A stretch of DNA of 64,000 nt, taken from contig NC_042998.1 of assembly GCF_006345805.1 (NCBI RefSeq), positions 205,034,001 through 205,098,000 on the forward strand, given 5' to 3'. The notes under the pieces were generated by a model that saw nothing but the letters and a program-made list of their open reading frames with translations, was not told the DNA's origin and searched no databases. Origin of the DNA: Octopus sinensis. Taxonomy: Eukaryota. Within the stretch, counting starts at the first letter, position 1. Each line of letters begins with the position of its first letter. Below, piece after piece: positions 62,194 to 64,000 of this stretch. A program made the translations under genes and the position numbers.

Positions 62194-64000
62194 GGCAGAC
62201 CTGCTTGTTTTGATATCCTCATTTCACAAGTAAACCATATATTTATCTGTCATTTGCTTTTGATGGACTTATCCACTGCTGCTGCTGATTGATGATGTAT
62301 ATACATTTTTAACTTTCCCCCCTTTTTTTTGTCTTCCCTCCAGTCTCTCTCTCTTCCACAGAACCCTGGGTACCACAGTATTTACCTGTTTATCACAAAT
62401 ACCCCTCACCTCCTTTACAACCCTCTTCCCCTGCTACACCCTGTAGTATTTCACAGTAATATAAACAACCACCATTTTGGTGGTGGTGGTCGTGGTGGAG
62501 GGGGGGTATTTCTTGTAGGAAGGAAAACAACAGTTGTTGAGCTTAGAGCTTACCTGTTACAAGAATGATGTATGGTGGTGGTGGTGGTGATGGTGGTGGT
62601 GGTGATGGTGGTGGTGGTGGAAATGGTTTCCTTTATAATAGTGAGTTTTATGCTGCTGTTGATGTTTAATCTCAGTACAAGCTTATAAATCAAAGCTGTT
62701 CCAACTATGACCATTCCATCTATCTTCACAAAGTGTAAGTATAGCCACTACTACTAGATTACATAATATATTCTATTTCTAAGATAATTGGGTGTAATTT
62801 GATGGAGAGTTAGCTGTTATTTCTAGCAGTTTGAATGACTTTGTGTTGTGGCGATATCAGCCCCAGCTGGGTTACTTGAAGGGATTAAAGTAGAGGTTAG
62901 TAGTAACCCCTCATCCTTTGTTTCTTCATCATCCCCTCCCTGCCTCCAGTGACCCTTTAAATCACAATGTGATGGTGTGGCCCTTCTTGTCACACGAAGC
63001 ATGACAAAAATGTTAAAAACCTAATAAATTGAATCTCGAGTCCAATCGTTGCTGGGAAAGGCATGAATGTCACAGCATCTCATTTATCTCTAGAACTGAG
63101 TTATGCAATGTAGAGACTATTACATAGTCACCCAACTTGCTAGAAATGACAACCAAATCTCCCTCAAATCACCACCTAATTTCTGAAAAAATAAAAGCCA
63201 TAGTGGACAATATGGCTTTGGATATTGAAAAGACAGATGGCTCTGGTTGGAATGTCTTTGATTTTTAAGTCTGGTGGTGTAAAACCAGCCTTGGGTTAAA
63301 CAACAACACTGTTGAAATGGGAACATTGCCAAAGTGTTTGTTTCTCACCTAGAAAACATTTAACCCCATATGGCTACACACACACACACACACACACTCA
63401 TATTACATGCCTACATATATGCCGTCAGTACACAGGTAGTGTGATGTGAAAGAGACAGAGATATGATAGGAGAGCAAATTGATGAAGGAAGTGAGGAGGG
63501 ATGAGTAATAGAGGAGAGTAATGGAGGGAGGAGAATTGTAAGACAGAAAGTTTATATTAATAATCAGGTGATATCCAAATATTATATACCTCAATGGATG
63601 TCCACCACCACCATCGTGTATGCATGTGTATGTATGCATATGTACACCTGTGTGTGCATGTATGGATTATTTATATACATTTATCTGTGTTGTGTATACA
63701 CACACACACAAACATAAATAAGTCACTTTTACATTCCATTTTTAACATGGATTCTATGGCTGGATGCCCTTTCTAACACCAACCATGTTACTGAGTTCAT
63801 TGGGTGCATGTTATTGTAGCACCAGCACCAGAGAGGTTGTCCAGTTTCTGCTAAGACTAAAGAGGCTTCTTGACTCTGTGTTGTCTGAGCTTATCTTTAT
63901 CCTTTGATGTCTATGTAACTAAGTGTAAAGGAATAGCTTATGAGAGCCATGCAAGCCATGTACACAGAGACACTAGGTAAGAGTTAGAAATAAGACATTT

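Noticed and set aside
62480-62625. (GGT)n G-quadruplex candidate
   Set aside because: Ordinary trinucleotide repeat with two-G runs; many similar tracts in the window.

Overview
Eukaryotic, AT-rich, repeat-saturated DNA with no host gene I can name. The SINE/LINE families and very long microsatellites look like an Octopus (coleoid cephalopod) genome; this is inference from repeat recognition, not a search. Contents: an LTR-retrotransposon pol remnant; a mariner (DD34D) copy whose transposase is split by a ~1.6-kb 22-bp satellite; a full-length but broken RTE LINE, a younger 5'-truncated RTE with a PHD-type zinc finger inside its ORF, and other RTE pieces; restriction-like-endonuclease (R4/Dong-like) and CR1-like LINE fragments; many tRNA-derived SINE copies; and 2-kb and 8-kb (TATG)n-based arrays that produce most of the long, spurious ORFs. 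The most interesting items are: (1) a 390-bp tail-out inverted element with a perfect 13-bp target-site duplication, a Pol III B-box and a Penelope-type hammerhead ribozyme motif in each arm (51511-51900); (2) the satellite inside the mariner, with a fold-back junction and a TCF/LEF-like site in each unit; (3) a 117-nt near-perfect hairpin (35143-35259); (4) a ~600-bp inverted duplication that includes the tip of the mariner TIR. SINE and LINE-fragment boundaries are approximate (about +/-20 bp).
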